This document shows, piece after piece, positions 49,089-59,522 of a DNA stretch of 64,000 nt. Location of the stretch: positions 1 through 64,000 of the forward strand of contig JBDTZG010000011.1 in NCBI GenBank assembly GCA_040005235.1, read 5' to 3'. The position numbers were made by a program, and so were the translations under genes. The notes under the pieces were generated by a model that was given only the letters and a program-made list of their open reading frames with translations, ran no database searches and was not told the DNA's origin. This DNA comes from Acidobacteriota bacterium. GTDB taxonomy: Bacteria > Acidobacteriota > Thermoanaerobaculia > Multivoradales > UBA5704. Each line of letters begins with the position of its first letter. Within the stretch, counting starts at the first letter, position 1.

Positions 49089-49760
49089 TCAATCCTCGGT
49101 GTCAGGCTCCGATCGCAGGTACTGATAGAGAGCGGCGCCGAGGATGGCTCCGACGATCGGGCCGAGCCAATAGACCCAATGCCCTCGCCAGATCCCCGCG
49201 ACCAGGGCCGGGCCGAAGGAGCGCGCCGGGTTCATCGAGGCTCCCGTCACCGGGCCGCCCCAGAGCGCGTCGAGGCCTACCGTTGCGCCGATGGCGATCG
49301 CCGCGAGCTGGCCGACCGCCCGGGTGTCGGTGGCGACCGAAACGATCACGAACATCAGCACGGCGGTCAAAAGAATTTCGATTCCGAGCGCCTGAAGGTT
49401 GGTTCCGGTGGGCAGCGTGGCACCGAGACCCGCCGTGGTTCCAAAGGCCGCCCGCAGCACCCAGGCTCCAGAGACCGCGCCGACCAGTTGGGCGAAGAGG
49501 TAGGGCAGCACATCGCGCCATTCGAAATGCCGGGTGAGCGCGAAAGCAAGCGTGACCGCCGGGTTGAAATGCGCGCCCGAGAGATGCCCGATCGCGGCGA
49601 TCATGACCAGGATGACCAAGCCGAAGCTCGCGGCGACTCCCTGGTGGCCCAAGGCGCCCGTCATCTGATTCACCACGATCGCGCCGCACCCGACCGTCAC
49701 GAGGACAAAAGTTCCGACGAACTCGGCGACCGCGCGCCGTCCTAGGGGGAGAGTGCTCAT
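49089..49760 (-). CDS. MIP-family aquaporin
   Basis: SGAHFNPAVT and GASMNPARS. Confidence 0.93.
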   Translation of the reverse strand: MSTLPLGRRAVAEFVGTFVLVTVGCGAIVVNQMTGALGHQGVAASFGLVILVMIAAIGHLSGAHFNPAVTLAFALTRHFEWRDVLPYLFAQLVGAVSGAWVLRAAFGTTAGLGATLPTGTNLQALGIEILLTAVLMFVIVSVATDTRAVGQLAAIAIGATVGLDALWGGPVTGASMNPARSFGPALVAGIWRGHWVYWLGPIVGAILGAALYQYLRSEPDTED

Positions 49761-49988
49761 CGGTCGAATTCCGGGCGCGGACTAGAAAAAAGCCGAGGGC
49801 GCTGGACTGTATTCATCGCGACAATTTAGATGGAATCCTTCCGCCCCGGACGACCGGAAACGGAATGTCACCCGGTCGTCACCGCGGGCCGCTATCCGCG
49901 GCTCCCCTCTTCCCACGGTGCAATTTTCACCGGTCGGTCACAGATTCGTTGCATCTTCGTCGGAGCCTTCCGAGTAGGGTCCGCCGTC

Positions 49989-52010
49989 ATGGCCAATCTC
50001 GTTTGTCGTCGCCTCCAGCGCGTTCTGTTCGGCGTTCTTCCCTTGTTCCTCTCCGTCGCCAACGCCTCGGCGGCCAGCCCTCCGGCTTCCCCGCCGACCC
50101 CCGTAAAACTCGTCGTCGTGGTGGTGGTCGATGGGCTGTCGTGGCCGCGCCTTGATGGCTACCGCAGCTGGCTCGACGGCGGGCTCGCCCGGCTGCTTTC
50201 CGAGGGGCAGGTCGAGACCGAGTGCCGCTACGCGCATTTGAATACCGAGACCGGCCCGGGGCACGCCAGTCTGGGCACCGGGGCGCCGCCGCGGGTGCAT
50301 GGCATCGTTGCGAACCGGTGGTTCGAGGCGAACCCGAACGGCCAGGGGCTGCGCCGTCTCTATTGCACCGACCAGCCCGACCTCGGGCGGGTTCCGGGGC
50401 AGCCGCCGCTGTTCTACCGCGAGGTGGCGAGCGACGGACGGATCTACGTCTTCGCCCGCCAACGGGCACTCGACCTCTGGCGGCTCTCGGGCGAGATCGG
50501 CAACCAGGCGACGACCCGGATCGGCGAGGGGCCGGCCGGCGAGTCGATCGTCTTCGACAGCGACGACGCGATCGCCCTTTACAACCTCCATCACGGCCGG
50601 CCCGAGGAGAATCTGCCGCCCTCCGGCACTGTCCCCGGCCCGGCGAACCTGCGCGTCGCAACGCTCGGCGACCGGCTGATCGAGTCGAGCCCGGAATCTC
50701 GCGTGGTCGCGTTTTCAGGCAAAGACCGCGGCGCAATCTTTCTTGCCGGCAAGGACCCCCGCCATGCGGTCTATTGGTACGACCGGGACGCCGGCCGCTT
50801 CGTCAGCTCGACCGCGTTCGACCAGGACGGCCTCTGGGGCGGGGCCGTGCGCGACTTGGTCAAGAGGTTCAACGGGGCGAGCGCGGGCGCGATGCTGCCG
50901 GGCCGCTTCGGCCTGCTGTGGAGCCCCCTGCCCGAACCGGCCAACGCGGCGTCGCTGCCTGCGCCGGAGCCCAACCTCGGCCGGTTTCAGACCCCCGACC
51001 TGGGGATCGGTTTCGGTGATTTCGGCCATGACCTGACCGGCGACCCTCGCGGTTATTTCGGCGGCATCTACGACAGCCCGTACCAGGACCAGCTGCTCGC
51101 CGACCTGGCGCTTGCCGCGCTCGCCGATCCGGCGCTTAAAGTAGGGCGTCGCGGCGTGCCGGACCTGTTGGCGCTTTCGTTCTCCGCGCACGACGTGGTG
51201 TCCCACGCCTACGGCAACGAGTCGGCCGAGGAGCTCGACGCGCTTCGCCGGCTGGACCGCCAGCTCGGGCGCCTTCTTTCGGCGCTCGACGCTCTCGCGG
51301 CCGAGGCGCCCGCGGGCCGGGTGGTCCTTGCCCTCTCCGCCGATCACGGCTTCGCTCCGCTTCCCGAAGTCGCGCGGCGCCGGGACGCCCGGCGGTTCGG
51401 CGGCCGGCTGATGAGCGACTCCGCTCCCGAGAGCGTTTTCCCGAGCTTCCAGGAGCGCCTCAACCGGGCGCTCTCCGAAGAGCTCTGCCTCGCCCCGGGG
51501 AGCCAGCCGATCTACGGTTCTGAGGGGTGGATCGTCGCCTACGATCGGCCGACGTTTCCCAAGCTCTCGGTCGACGGCCCGTGCGGGCCGGCCGGGCGAA
51601 CGGTGACGGTGGACGACCTCGATCGGGTATTCCCGGTCGTCGTCCGGCGCCAGTTCGGCGAGGAGATCCAGGAGGTGCTCCTGGCCTCGCAGCGCGACCG
51701 CTGGCCGGCCGACGATCCGGCCGTCGCCTTCGCGCAAAACGACTGGGACCCCTCCCGATCGGGCGACGCTTTTCTGATTCCGCGCGAAAACGTCCTGATG
51801 CATTGGGACCCCGAACGCGGTTCGGGCCATGGCTCGCAATACGACTACGACACCCACGTGCCGCTGATCTTTTGGGGCTCGCCCTTCCGCTCCGGAGCTC
51901 GTTCCGAGCCGAGCGCGCCTTACGATCTCGCGCCGACGCTGGCGGAAATCCTCGGAATCCGCCTTCCCGACGCGACGGGAACCTCTCGTCTCCCTTCGGC
52001 GGGGAAGTAG
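49989..52010 (+). CDS. alkaline phosphatase superfamily protein (PafA-like)
   Basis: signal peptide; VVVVDG, TETGPGHA, SGKDRGAI, HDVVSHAYG, SADHG, GHGS.YDYDTHVP. Confidence 0.88.
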   Translation: MANLVCRRLQRVLFGVLPLFLSVANASAASPPASPPTPVKLVVVVVVDGLSWPRLDGYRSWLDGGLARLLSEGQVETECRYAHLNTETGPGHASLGTGAPPRVHGIVANRWFEANPNGQGLRRLYCTDQPDLGRVPGQPPLFYREVASDGRIYVFARQRALDLWRLSGEIGNQATTRIGEGPAGESIVFDSDDAIALYNLHHGRPEENLPPSGTVPGPANLRVATLGDRLIESSPESRVVAFSGKDRGAIFLAGKDPRHAVYWYDRDAGRFVSSTAFDQDGLWGGAVRDLVKRFNGASAGAMLPGRFGLLWSPLPEPANAASLPAPEPNLGRFQTPDLGIGFGDFGHDLTGDPRGYFGGIYDSPYQDQLLADLALAALADPALKVGRRGVPDLLALSFSAHDVVSHAYGNESAEELDALRRLDRQLGRLLSALDALAAEAPAGRVVLALSADHGFAPLPEVARRRDARRFGGRLMSDSAPESVFPSFQERLNRALSEELCLAPGSQPIYGSEGWIVAYDRPTFPKLSVDGPCGPAGRTVTVDDLDRVFPVVVRRQFGEEIQEVLLASQRDRWPADDPAVAFAQNDWDPSRSGDAFLIPRENVLMHWDPERGSGHGSQYDYDTHVPLIFWGSPFRSGARSEPSAPYDLAPTLAEILGIRLPDATGTSRLPSAGK

Positions 52011-52073
52011 GGGGAAGTAGAATCTGCGCCTCGCCGGATGGGGGGAGCCCTCCCGTCGGCTGAAAGGTCACCT

Positions 52074-53522
52074 ATGCGGATGACGGGCCTCGGCAAACTT
52101 TTGCTCTTTGTGATCGGCCTCGCGTTGGTGGCGACGGCGATCTTCCGCTTCGGTCCTTCGCTTTGGCGATCGAGCGGTTCCCGCCTCGGCGCTTCGGACG
52201 CCCCGGGATCGACATCGGCCGGATCGACGGCCGGATCGACAACGGCGGCAGGCTCCGGTGCCGTGCCGCGCTTGCGCCTTCATGGTTCGAACACGATCGG
52301 GAGCGATCTCGCGCCGGCATTGGTCGAGAAGTTCCTGAACCGGGAAGGCGCCACGGGCATCCATCGCGTACCCGGCGCGGAGGACGAGGTCGCCGTCGAG
52401 GGTCGGCTGCCCGGCGAAAGCGAACCGGTCGTGGTCGAGATCGCGGCGCACGGCTCCGGCACGGCGTACGAGGACCTGGCGGCAGGCACCGCGGACATCG
52501 GCATGTCGTCGCGCCGCATCAAGCCGGACGAGAAGGTGCGCCTCGCCGCCTTGGGCGACATGACGTCGGCCGCGGCGGAGCATGTGCTCGGCTTGGATGG
52601 CGTGGCAGTCATCGTCTCTCGCGCCAACCGGCTCGAATCGCTGACGCTCGACCAGATCCGCGACCTGTTCTCGGGGCGGATCGCCGACTGGTCGTCGCTG
52701 GGCGGCCCGGCGGGACCCGTGCAGATCTACTCCCGCGACGACCGCTCGGGCACGTTCGACACGTTCAAGAGCCTGGTGCTCCGCGACGCGACGCTCGTAT
52801 CGAGCGCCAAGCGCTACGAGGACAGCCGCAAACTTTCTTCCGATGTCGCTGCCGACCCGCGGGGAATTGGATTCGTCGGCCTGGCCTACGTCGGCGACGC
52901 CAAGGCGCTCAAGGTGTCGGAGGAAGGTTCGGTTCCCTACCGGCCGACCGTGTTCACGGTCCGCACCGAGGACTATCGCCTGTCGCGGCGGCTGTATCTC
53001 TACGTTTCCCCGGCGTCTGCGAACCCTTGGGTCGGCAAGTTCGTCCAGTTTGCGCTTTCCGATGAGGGCCAGGCGGTGGTCGACGCCGTGGGCTTCGTCG
53101 GCCAATCGCTCCTCAATCCGGTCCAAGAGGCCGCACCGGCTCTGCCCACCGAGGTGCCGGCCGAATACGCCCGCCTAACCAAGGGTTCGACCCGGCTGCC
53201 GCTCGTCTTCCGTTTCGAGACCGGTAGCGACCGGCTGGACAACAAGTCCCTGCGCGACATCGGCCGCCTGCTCGAAAGTCTGAGCCAACCCGCCAATCGC
53301 GGCCGGCGGGTACTCCTCTTCGGCTTCGCCGATTCGCTCGGCAGCCCCGAGGCCAACCGCCGGCTGTCCGGCGCCCGGGCCACCGCGGTGGCCGGCGAGC
53401 TGCGCTCCGAAGGAGTGGAGGCCGAAGCGGCGACCGGTTTCGGCTCCGCGCTCCCCGTGGCCTCGAATGAGACCGAGGAGGGGAAGGGGAGAAATCGGCG
53501 CGTGGAGGTCTGGCTCAAGTAG
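52074..53522 (+). CDS. PstS-like phosphate-binding / OmpA-C domain fusion
   Basis: HGSNTIG, GSGTA, DIGMSSR, SRDDRSGT; GFADSLG..NRRLS, NRRVEV. Confidence 0.88.
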   Translation: MRMTGLGKLLLFVIGLALVATAIFRFGPSLWRSSGSRLGASDAPGSTSAGSTAGSTTAAGSGAVPRLRLHGSNTIGSDLAPALVEKFLNREGATGIHRVPGAEDEVAVEGRLPGESEPVVVEIAAHGSGTAYEDLAAGTADIGMSSRRIKPDEKVRLAALGDMTSAAAEHVLGLDGVAVIVSRANRLESLTLDQIRDLFSGRIADWSSLGGPAGPVQIYSRDDRSGTFDTFKSLVLRDATLVSSAKRYEDSRKLSSDVAADPRGIGFVGLAYVGDAKALKVSEEGSVPYRPTVFTVRTEDYRLSRRLYLYVSPASANPWVGKFVQFALSDEGQAVVDAVGFVGQSLLNPVQEAAPALPTEVPAEYARLTKGSTRLPLVFRFETGSDRLDNKSLRDIGRLLESLSQPANRGRRVLLFGFADSLGSPEANRRLSGARATAVAGELRSEGVEAEAATGFGSALPVASNETEEGKGRNRRVEVWLK

Positions 53523-53540
53523 ACCCAACGGTCAGTCCTC

Positions 53541-54263
53541 TCATCGGGCGGCGACGAAGACCTCCGGAGGACACGACCGGCCGACCACCTGCTCGACGCT
53601 TTTGAGCAGCGCGCTCTTCAAGTCCGGATCGGTCAGCAGACGATCCTCTTCGAACCGCAGGGTGGTGATGCCGTTGCGCTTCAACAGTTGGGGGTCGAGG
53701 CGCACGAAGGCGCGGTAGACATCGAGCTGTCCGGCGTTGGCATCGGGGGCTTGATCGACGACGAAGCGCATCACCGCCTGCAGGCTGAGCGGCGGGGGCA
53801 GTGTGTGGATCGTGGGGATCGTGGGGATAGGAAGGTCGGGAGTCATAACGATCTCCTGTTCGGGAAGGGGAAGCGGTTCGAAGTCGCTGATCGGTTCCAA
53901 GACCGAAACGTCTGGGGCGGCCGAGGCGACCGGCTGGAAGGGCGGACCGGCCAAGCCGGCGGTGAGAAAGCCGGAAAGGGTACGAGGCTCGCCGTTGACG
54001 GTCGAGGCGGCGCGCAGGTATTCCCCCGCAGAAAGCGGCCGCTCGGCCAGCAGGCCGAGCTCGACGAGTCGGGCGAAAGCTTCGTCGCGGTCGGCCGGCC
54101 TGAGGCAGAGGTGCTCGCCGATCTGCGCGACGGTGTGGCGGCCGGTGACCGCGAAGAAGACGCCCCATTCGAGGCTCCGAAGCCGGAGATCCGCGGGCAA
54201 TCGATCGACGGCCAGAGCCAGCTCGAAGACCGCGGCGGCGGGGACTTGGCGGTCGGCGCTCAT
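53541..54263 (-). CDS. hypothetical protein (last gene of che-like operon)
   Basis: ATGA overlap with cheX-like gene; wHTH-like N-terminal part. Confidence 0.7.
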   Translation of the reverse strand: MSADRQVPAAAVFELALAVDRLPADLRLRSLEWGVFFAVTGRHTVAQIGEHLCLRPADRDEAFARLVELGLLAERPLSAGEYLRAASTVNGEPRTLSGFLTAGLAGPPFQPVASAAPDVSVLEPISDFEPLPLPEQEIVMTPDLPIPTIPTIHTLPPPLSLQAVMRFVVDQAPDANAGQLDVYRAFVRLDPQLLKRNGITTLRFEEDRLLTDPDLKSALLKSVEQVVGRSCPPEVFVAAR

Positions 54264-54721
54264 GGGTCCTTCACCGAAGGCTCGAGTCCAACGACCAGGA
54301 GCGCCGTGGCGCCGCTCCAGCGGATCGGCATCACGAAGGCCGACGCGGGAAGCTCCAGCCCGGACAGCTCTCCCGGTCCGAGCGACCGGGGCACGGAGAT
54401 CTCCCAGCCGCCCTGGAATGCCTCGCTCGCGTTGCCGGCGAGCACGTTCGACAGCTCGCGGCACATGTCGCGCAAGGTCCGGTCGCTCACTTCCGTCTCG
54501 CCATGGATTTGCAGCAGCCGGTGGAGCAGCCGGACGGGTGAGGTGAGGTAGAGGCAACCGTCCTGCTCGCCGCGGATGCGGACCAGGCTCGCATAGTCGA
54601 GCAGTGCCGGCGCGCCGAACTGCATGTAGGGCGGTTCGAGCACCGGCTCGTCGGTCGGCGAGAGCTTGGAAAAGTAGTCCACGGTGATCCTCTTGAACAG
54701 CTGAAGCTGCTGCGGGTCCAT
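54260..54721 (-). CDS. cheX: CheX-like phosphatase
   Basis: DMCRELSNVLAGNA (ExxN) and ISVP. Confidence 0.75.
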   Translation of the reverse strand: MDPQQLQLFKRITVDYFSKLSPTDEPVLEPPYMQFGAPALLDYASLVRIRGEQDGCLYLTSPVRLLHRLLQIHGETEVSDRTLRDMCRELSNVLAGNASEAFQGGWEISVPRSLGPGELSGLELPASAFVMPIRWSGATALLVVGLEPSVKDP

Positions 54722-54746
54722 GAGCGGTCGCTCTCCTTGTCGCCGC

Positions 54747-55472
54747 TCAGCGGCGTTGATGGTCTTCGCGGACATAGAACTCGAGGAGCAGCTTTTGCGC
54801 GCCGCCGGAGAGCGTCGTCTCCTCGTCGCAGCTCTCTTCCAGGGAGATGCCCGGCGCAGGCCAGCCCAGGATCGTAAACAGCGCCTCCCGGCCGGTCAGC
54901 GTTCCCACTTGGGCGTGGATCAGCTCGCCGCCGCGCACCGCGATCCGGCCATGGTTTTCGCCGCCGCCCACGCGGACCGTGCAGGTCTTGCGCTCCAATT
55001 CGATGACCTGCAGCAGGCTCGCGAGGGAGATGCCGCGCACCACGCTCTGGCGGCTGCGGCGCACCAGGCGGTCGGCCTGGGCGAGCAGCTCGTCCATCTC
55101 CGGCGGGCGCCGGACCCGGGCGTCATAAGCTGACGCGTCGACACCGCTCGCCTCGTCGGCGACCAGCAACACGGGGACCGACGGGAACACCTCGCGCAGC
55201 ACTTCGAGAAATCGCAGCAGGTCGGCGGGCGGCGGCGACTCCAGCCCTACGAGCACCAGGTCGTGCTCCACAGCGGAGAGCGCGGCATAGGCCGACAGGG
55301 CTTCGGCTACCGCCGTCGCCCGGTAGCGCCGGTTGTGCAGCTCCAGACCCGAAGCGAGGATCTCGCGCAGCAGCGGGTCGGCCTCGATCAACAGGATCCG
55401 CCCCGGGGATTCGCCGTAAGCAGCACCCTTCGGGCGCACGGCGGGCGGTTCAAGCGACTCGGACAGGGGCAT
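54747..55472 (-). CDS. degenerate receiver + DUF4388-like domain protein
   Basis: ILLIEADP, DLVLVGLE (phospho-Asp absent); SLASLLQVIELERKT, GGELIHA. Confidence 0.75.
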   Translation of the reverse strand: MPLSESLEPPAVRPKGAAYGESPGRILLIEADPLLREILASGLELHNRRYRATAVAEALSAYAALSAVEHDLVLVGLESPPPADLLRFLEVLREVFPSVPVLLVADEASGVDASAYDARVRRPPEMDELLAQADRLVRRSRQSVVRGISLASLLQVIELERKTCTVRVGGGENHGRIAVRGGELIHAQVGTLTGREALFTILGWPAPGISLEESCDEETTLSGGAQKLLLEFYVREDHQRR

Positions 55473-55830
55473 GGCGCACCAACTCCTCCAGAGCTTCGAC
55501 GATTTCACTCTCGGTAAATGGTTTGGTCAGGAAGCCGCAGGCGCCGCGCCGGATGGCGTCGAGCGCGACGCGGTGGCTGTTGAGGGCGGAGATCACCAGG
55601 ATGGAAACCTCTGGCTCGATGGACCGGATCTCGTCGATCGCCGCCAGGCCGTCGAGATTCGGCATCGTGAGATCCATCGTCACCAGCTCGGGCCGGTGCG
55701 CCGCGAACAGCTCGACCGCCTCCCGGCCGTCTTCCGCGCGCAGCACCTCGGTGATCGCTTGAGCGGCGGCGCCGCTCCGGGCGATCGCGTTCCTCACCAC
55801 CAGCGAGTCGTCCACCACCAGAAGCTTCAT
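55450..55830 (-). CDS. CheY-like single-domain response regulator
   Basis: LVVDDS, VTMDLTMP.LDG, ISA, TKPF. Confidence 0.92.
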   Translation of the reverse strand: MKLLVVDDSLVVRNAIARSGAAAQAITEVLRAEDGREAVELFAAHRPELVTMDLTMPNLDGLAAIDEIRSIEPEVSILVISALNSHRVALDAIRRGACGFLTKPFTESEIVEALEELVRHAPVRVA

Positions 55831-57710
55831 CGGCGGGACTCCACGGATTGCCGGGGAAGCCGGATCTGGAAGGCGCAATAGCGGCCCGGCTCGCTGTGTA
55901 CCGCGATCCGCCCGCCCGCCGCTTCGATCCGCTCGCGGACGAGATCGAGGCCGACCCCTCGCCCGGCATGAAGAGTCGTTCGGTCGGCGGTCGAAAATCC
56001 CGGCCGGAAGATCAAGCGCCGCAGCTCGTTCTCGGAGTCCATGACGGAGCCCGCGGCCAGGTCGAGCAGAGCCGCCTTCGCGCGCAGTGCGGCGAGGTCG
56101 AGGCCGGCGCCGTCGTCTTGAAAGATCAGCTCGATCGAGTCCGCTTCCGGCCGGGGGCGCGCCGCGAGTTGGAGCGTCGCCACGGCCGGCTTACCTCGAT
56201 CGCGGCGTACCTCGGCCGACTCGATCCCGTGAACGAGCGAGTTCCTCACCAGTTGCGCCAGAGTCTCGCGAAGGAGCGGGGCGTAGCGTTCCGGCAGCTC
56301 CACCCCTTCCAGGCGCCAAAGAAAACGCGCCGGCTTGCCCAGCTCGGCCGCCAGATCCGACACCCAGCGTTCGATCGAGGTTTCAAGCGACGAACCGATC
56401 GCCGGGCGAGGTTCCGCCGATTCGCGAGGGAGCGTGCGGCCGAAACGGGCGAGCTGTTCGAGCACCGACCGGGTCGCAAGAAGAATCGCATCGACCGAGC
56501 CGATCTTCTCTCGCGCCTCGGCCCGCGCGGCCTCCTCCTCCGGCTCTGCGTCACGGTAGGCCGCGAGCGCTCCTTCGAGGCCATGGATCTCGCGGCCGAG
56601 CGGCGCAAATCCCAAAAACCCCGCCTCCCCTTTGGCCCCATGCAGATCGCGCAAGAGGGGATCGAACGCGGCGGGCGGCGTCGCGGCACGGGGCCGTTCC
56701 AAGATCGACTCGGTGCGGCGGAGCTGCCGGGCCAACCGGTCCAACAGGCCGACCACCGCCTCCGGATCGGCCTGCATGGCGGCCACCGCCAGCTCCAGGT
56801 GCAGCTCGCCGCGCCGACGATGCCCTTCCAGCTCGCGGGCCAGCTCGTCCTCGCGGGTGAGATCCTCGATCCGCACCAGGACGTGCCGGATCGCATCGCC
56901 CACGAAGCCGCGCACGAACCGGAAGGCGAGCACCTTGCGGCGCCCTCCGGCGAAATTCCCGGTCACCCTAAGCAGGGGATTGATCTTGGCGATCAAACTT
57001 TCGATCACCCGCGGATTGAACAGCAGGTCGAGGTACTCCGCGGCGAGCTGCGTCCGCTCCGGGTCGAGGCAGGAGGCGAGAACCTCCGGCAGCGCCCGCC
57101 CGGCGAGCCCGCGCGTCTCGAGAATCGTCTCGGCCGAGCCGGCGTATTCGAGACCGATGCGCTGCTCGCGATCGATCAACAAAAGCCCCTCGCGCACCGT
57201 GGCGAGGATCTGCTTCATCTGCTCGCCGCGCAGCAGCGTCACCCGGGCGTCGGCGGCCAGCAGATCCTCGAAATCGATCAGCCGCACCTTTCCGGGCGCC
57301 CCGCCGTTGGCAAGGTTTACGGCGAGAGGCTCGTAAACCAGGGCTCTCGGCCGCTCCAGGCCCTGGCGGACCGCCAGTTCGATCGGAGTATCTCCGGGCA
57401 GAGTGAGAGCGCCGCCATGCTCCTCCATCCGCTCCATCATGAAACGCAGCGGGCGCGGGTGATATAGGTCCATGCCGCAGTACTGGCCGACGATCTCGTG
57501 GTAGTAACGGCGCGACAGGACGGCGCGGAATCGGCCCTCTTCGGTCAGCAGCAGCCCCGGAGCCTCGCGGTGGGCATGGAAGTAGTCGCCCGCTTTCTTC
57601 GCCCGGTCCGACATTTCGAGCGCCGCCTCGTAGCCTGGCAGGTCGGCCAAGGTGGAACCGGTGTCGATCCGGGTCAGGAACTCGGCGCGTGCGGGGGAGG
57701 TTGGGGCCAT
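55827..57710 (-). CDS. CheA-like histidine kinase lacking the CheW (P5) domain
   Basis: Hpt LHGAKGEA; VRNSLVHGIE, DDGAGLD, IFRPGFST, GRGVGLD; ends right after the ATPase domain. Confidence 0.85.
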   Translation of the reverse strand: MAPTSPARAEFLTRIDTGSTLADLPGYEAALEMSDRAKKAGDYFHAHREAPGLLLTEEGRFRAVLSRRYYHEIVGQYCGMDLYHPRPLRFMMERMEEHGGALTLPGDTPIELAVRQGLERPRALVYEPLAVNLANGGAPGKVRLIDFEDLLAADARVTLLRGEQMKQILATVREGLLLIDREQRIGLEYAGSAETILETRGLAGRALPEVLASCLDPERTQLAAEYLDLLFNPRVIESLIAKINPLLRVTGNFAGGRRKVLAFRFVRGFVGDAIRHVLVRIEDLTREDELARELEGHRRRGELHLELAVAAMQADPEAVVGLLDRLARQLRRTESILERPRAATPPAAFDPLLRDLHGAKGEAGFLGFAPLGREIHGLEGALAAYRDAEPEEEAARAEAREKIGSVDAILLATRSVLEQLARFGRTLPRESAEPRPAIGSSLETSIERWVSDLAAELGKPARFLWRLEGVELPERYAPLLRETLAQLVRNSLVHGIESAEVRRDRGKPAVATLQLAARPRPEADSIELIFQDDGAGLDLAALRAKAALLDLAAGSVMDSENELRRLIFRPGFSTADRTTLHAGRGVGLDLVRERIEAAGGRIAVHSEPGRYCAFQIRLPRQSVESRR

Positions 57711-57900
57711 GGTTGAACGAACCGACAGGCGGTGAGCCCTCGGCAGGCACCCAACCTATCCGGCCCGTGCCACGGCGAAGCGACCGGCGTTTGACGACTG
57801 CGCGGCGACGCGCGGCGCAGTGCCGGTCCGGTCGCTGCCGTAACCCGACCGCGACCGATGCGCCACCTGTCCTTCGCGCCGGCTGCGCACACTCGCGGCC

Positions 57901-58776
57901 GTGGCAGAGGATCGCGTCGTTTCCCATCTCCGACCGGTGGCACGGCTCACCGAGGCGCTGTTCTTCCCCTTGGCCGTCCCGGGCGGCAGGGCGCGCGACG
58001 GCGCACTGCGCGCGCTGCTCGCCGCGTTCGGCAGGATGCTCGAAGTCGAGGGAGCCGAACGGCTCTCCGCTTCAGGCGCGCCGGTCCTCTTCGCGCTCAA
58101 CCATGGCAATGCCGCGGAGGCGCTGCTCGCGCCGGCCGCGCTGATCTGGCTCACCGGCGGCCGGCCGGTCCATTTCCTCGCCGATTGGATGTACCTGGAG
58201 CTGCCGTTGATCGGCCGCCTGCTCCGCCTCTCCCAGCCGATCCCCGTGTTCGGCAAGCCGGCTCGCTGGCGTTGGCGGGAAGAGGTCCGCCGCGCGGGGC
58301 AGGCCCAGCCGGCGCTCGATCGCGCGCTCGCGCTGCTTGCGCGCGGCGAGAGCGTAGGTATTTTCCCCGAAGGGACGCGCAACGGCGATCCCGACCGCCT
58401 CCGTCCGGGGCGCTTGGGTCTGGGCGAGCTGGCTCTCTGTTCCACCTCGACGATCGTGCCGGTTGGGCTCCACTACCCGGCGGCCGCGCGGCTCGGTCGG
58501 ATTCCCCGTCTCGGCCGGACGATCCTCCGCGTCGGCGAGCCGCTCGACTTCGCCGAGGAGCGGGAGCAGCTCCGCGCCGCAGGATTCGAGCGATCCGCCC
58601 GCCGGGCGCTCGCCCGCGCGGTGGTTTCCCGAACGCTCGCGGCGCTCGCCGAGCTGGCGGAAAAGCGCGTAGCCGACGCCGACGAGCGGCCCGCCCGTCG
58701 CCCTCGTTCCGTGACTCCGCGGAAAACCCGCACACCGTTCGATTCCCCATTTCACCCCGGGAGGGACTCCGCATGA
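57901..58776 (+). CDS. PlsC-family acyltransferase
   Basis: LNHGNAAE, FPEGTRN, IVPVG; start uncertain. Confidence 0.85.
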   Translation: MAEDRVVSHLRPVARLTEALFFPLAVPGGRARDGALRALLAAFGRMLEVEGAERLSASGAPVLFALNHGNAAEALLAPAALIWLTGGRPVHFLADWMYLELPLIGRLLRLSQPIPVFGKPARWRWREEVRRAGQAQPALDRALALLARGESVGIFPEGTRNGDPDRLRPGRLGLGELALCSTSTIVPVGLHYPAAARLGRIPRLGRTILRVGEPLDFAEEREQLRAAGFERSARRALARAVVSRTLAALAELAEKRVADADERPARRPRSVTPRKTRTPFDSPFHPGRDSA

Positions 58777-59444
58777 GAAACCCCGTTGCGATCGACAAAG
58801 TCCTCGACCCCGTTTCCCGAGCCGCCGCGCTCGCGGTGCTCGAACAGGTCTACTGCCAGGAAAAGCGTTGGATCCGCGACGTCGAGAGCGAAATCCCCGC
58901 CGTGTTCGACGAGCTCGACCCCCGATCCTGGTACGTCGCGACGATCGGCGACGAGCCGGCGGGAGCGATCCGCCTGGTGTACGACCCCGACCTGGCGCTG
59001 CCGGCGGATTACGGGGTCACTCTCGAACCGGGGATCGATCTCGACCGCCTGCGCGCAGCCGGCCGGTTCGTCGACATCGGTCGCTTCATGATCGTGCCGC
59101 GCCACCGCAGGAACGTCCGGATCGCCCTCCAGCTGATGCAGGCGGCGATCGCCGAGGTGGTCGAGCGGGGCTATACCCATTTCCTCACCGACGTGTTCGA
59201 GAGCGATCCGCACTCGCCGCTCGGCTTCCACACCCGGGTGCTCGGCTTCGAGCGGATCGGCACCCACCGCCGTGGGGAGCTCGCTTGCGAAAGCGTCCGC
59301 GTGCTGTTGATCCTCGACATTGCCCGCGCCTACCGCCGGCTGAAAATGCGCGGCAACCGGATCTTCCGCCAGGTCGCCTCCGGGCTCGACGAAGCGCGTC
59401 TCGCGCCCGCGCCTTCCGGCTCCGAAGCCTACGTCTCAGGCTAG
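58773..59444 (+). CDS. GNAT-fold N-acyltransferase
   Basis: ATGA overlap; QVYCQEK, GAIRL, DIGRFMIVPRHR, VLGFERIG. Confidence 0.8.
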   Translation: MRNPVAIDKVLDPVSRAAALAVLEQVYCQEKRWIRDVESEIPAVFDELDPRSWYVATIGDEPAGAIRLVYDPDLALPADYGVTLEPGIDLDRLRAAGRFVDIGRFMIVPRHRRNVRIALQLMQAAIAEVVERGYTHFLTDVFESDPHSPLGFHTRVLGFERIGTHRRGELACESVRVLLILDIARAYRRLKMRGNRIFRQVASGLDEARLAPAPSGSEAYVSG

Positions 59445-59522
59445 AAACCCTTTTGAAAGCTCGCCGCCTCGTCGATCTCCCGTCACGCCCGCGCCATCGG
59501 CGCCTGCCATCCTGATCGGCGT

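Noticed and set aside
52001-52020. GGGGAAGTAG direct duplication at the phosphatase stop
   Set aside because: Only two adjacent 10-bp copies with no element between; likely slippage.
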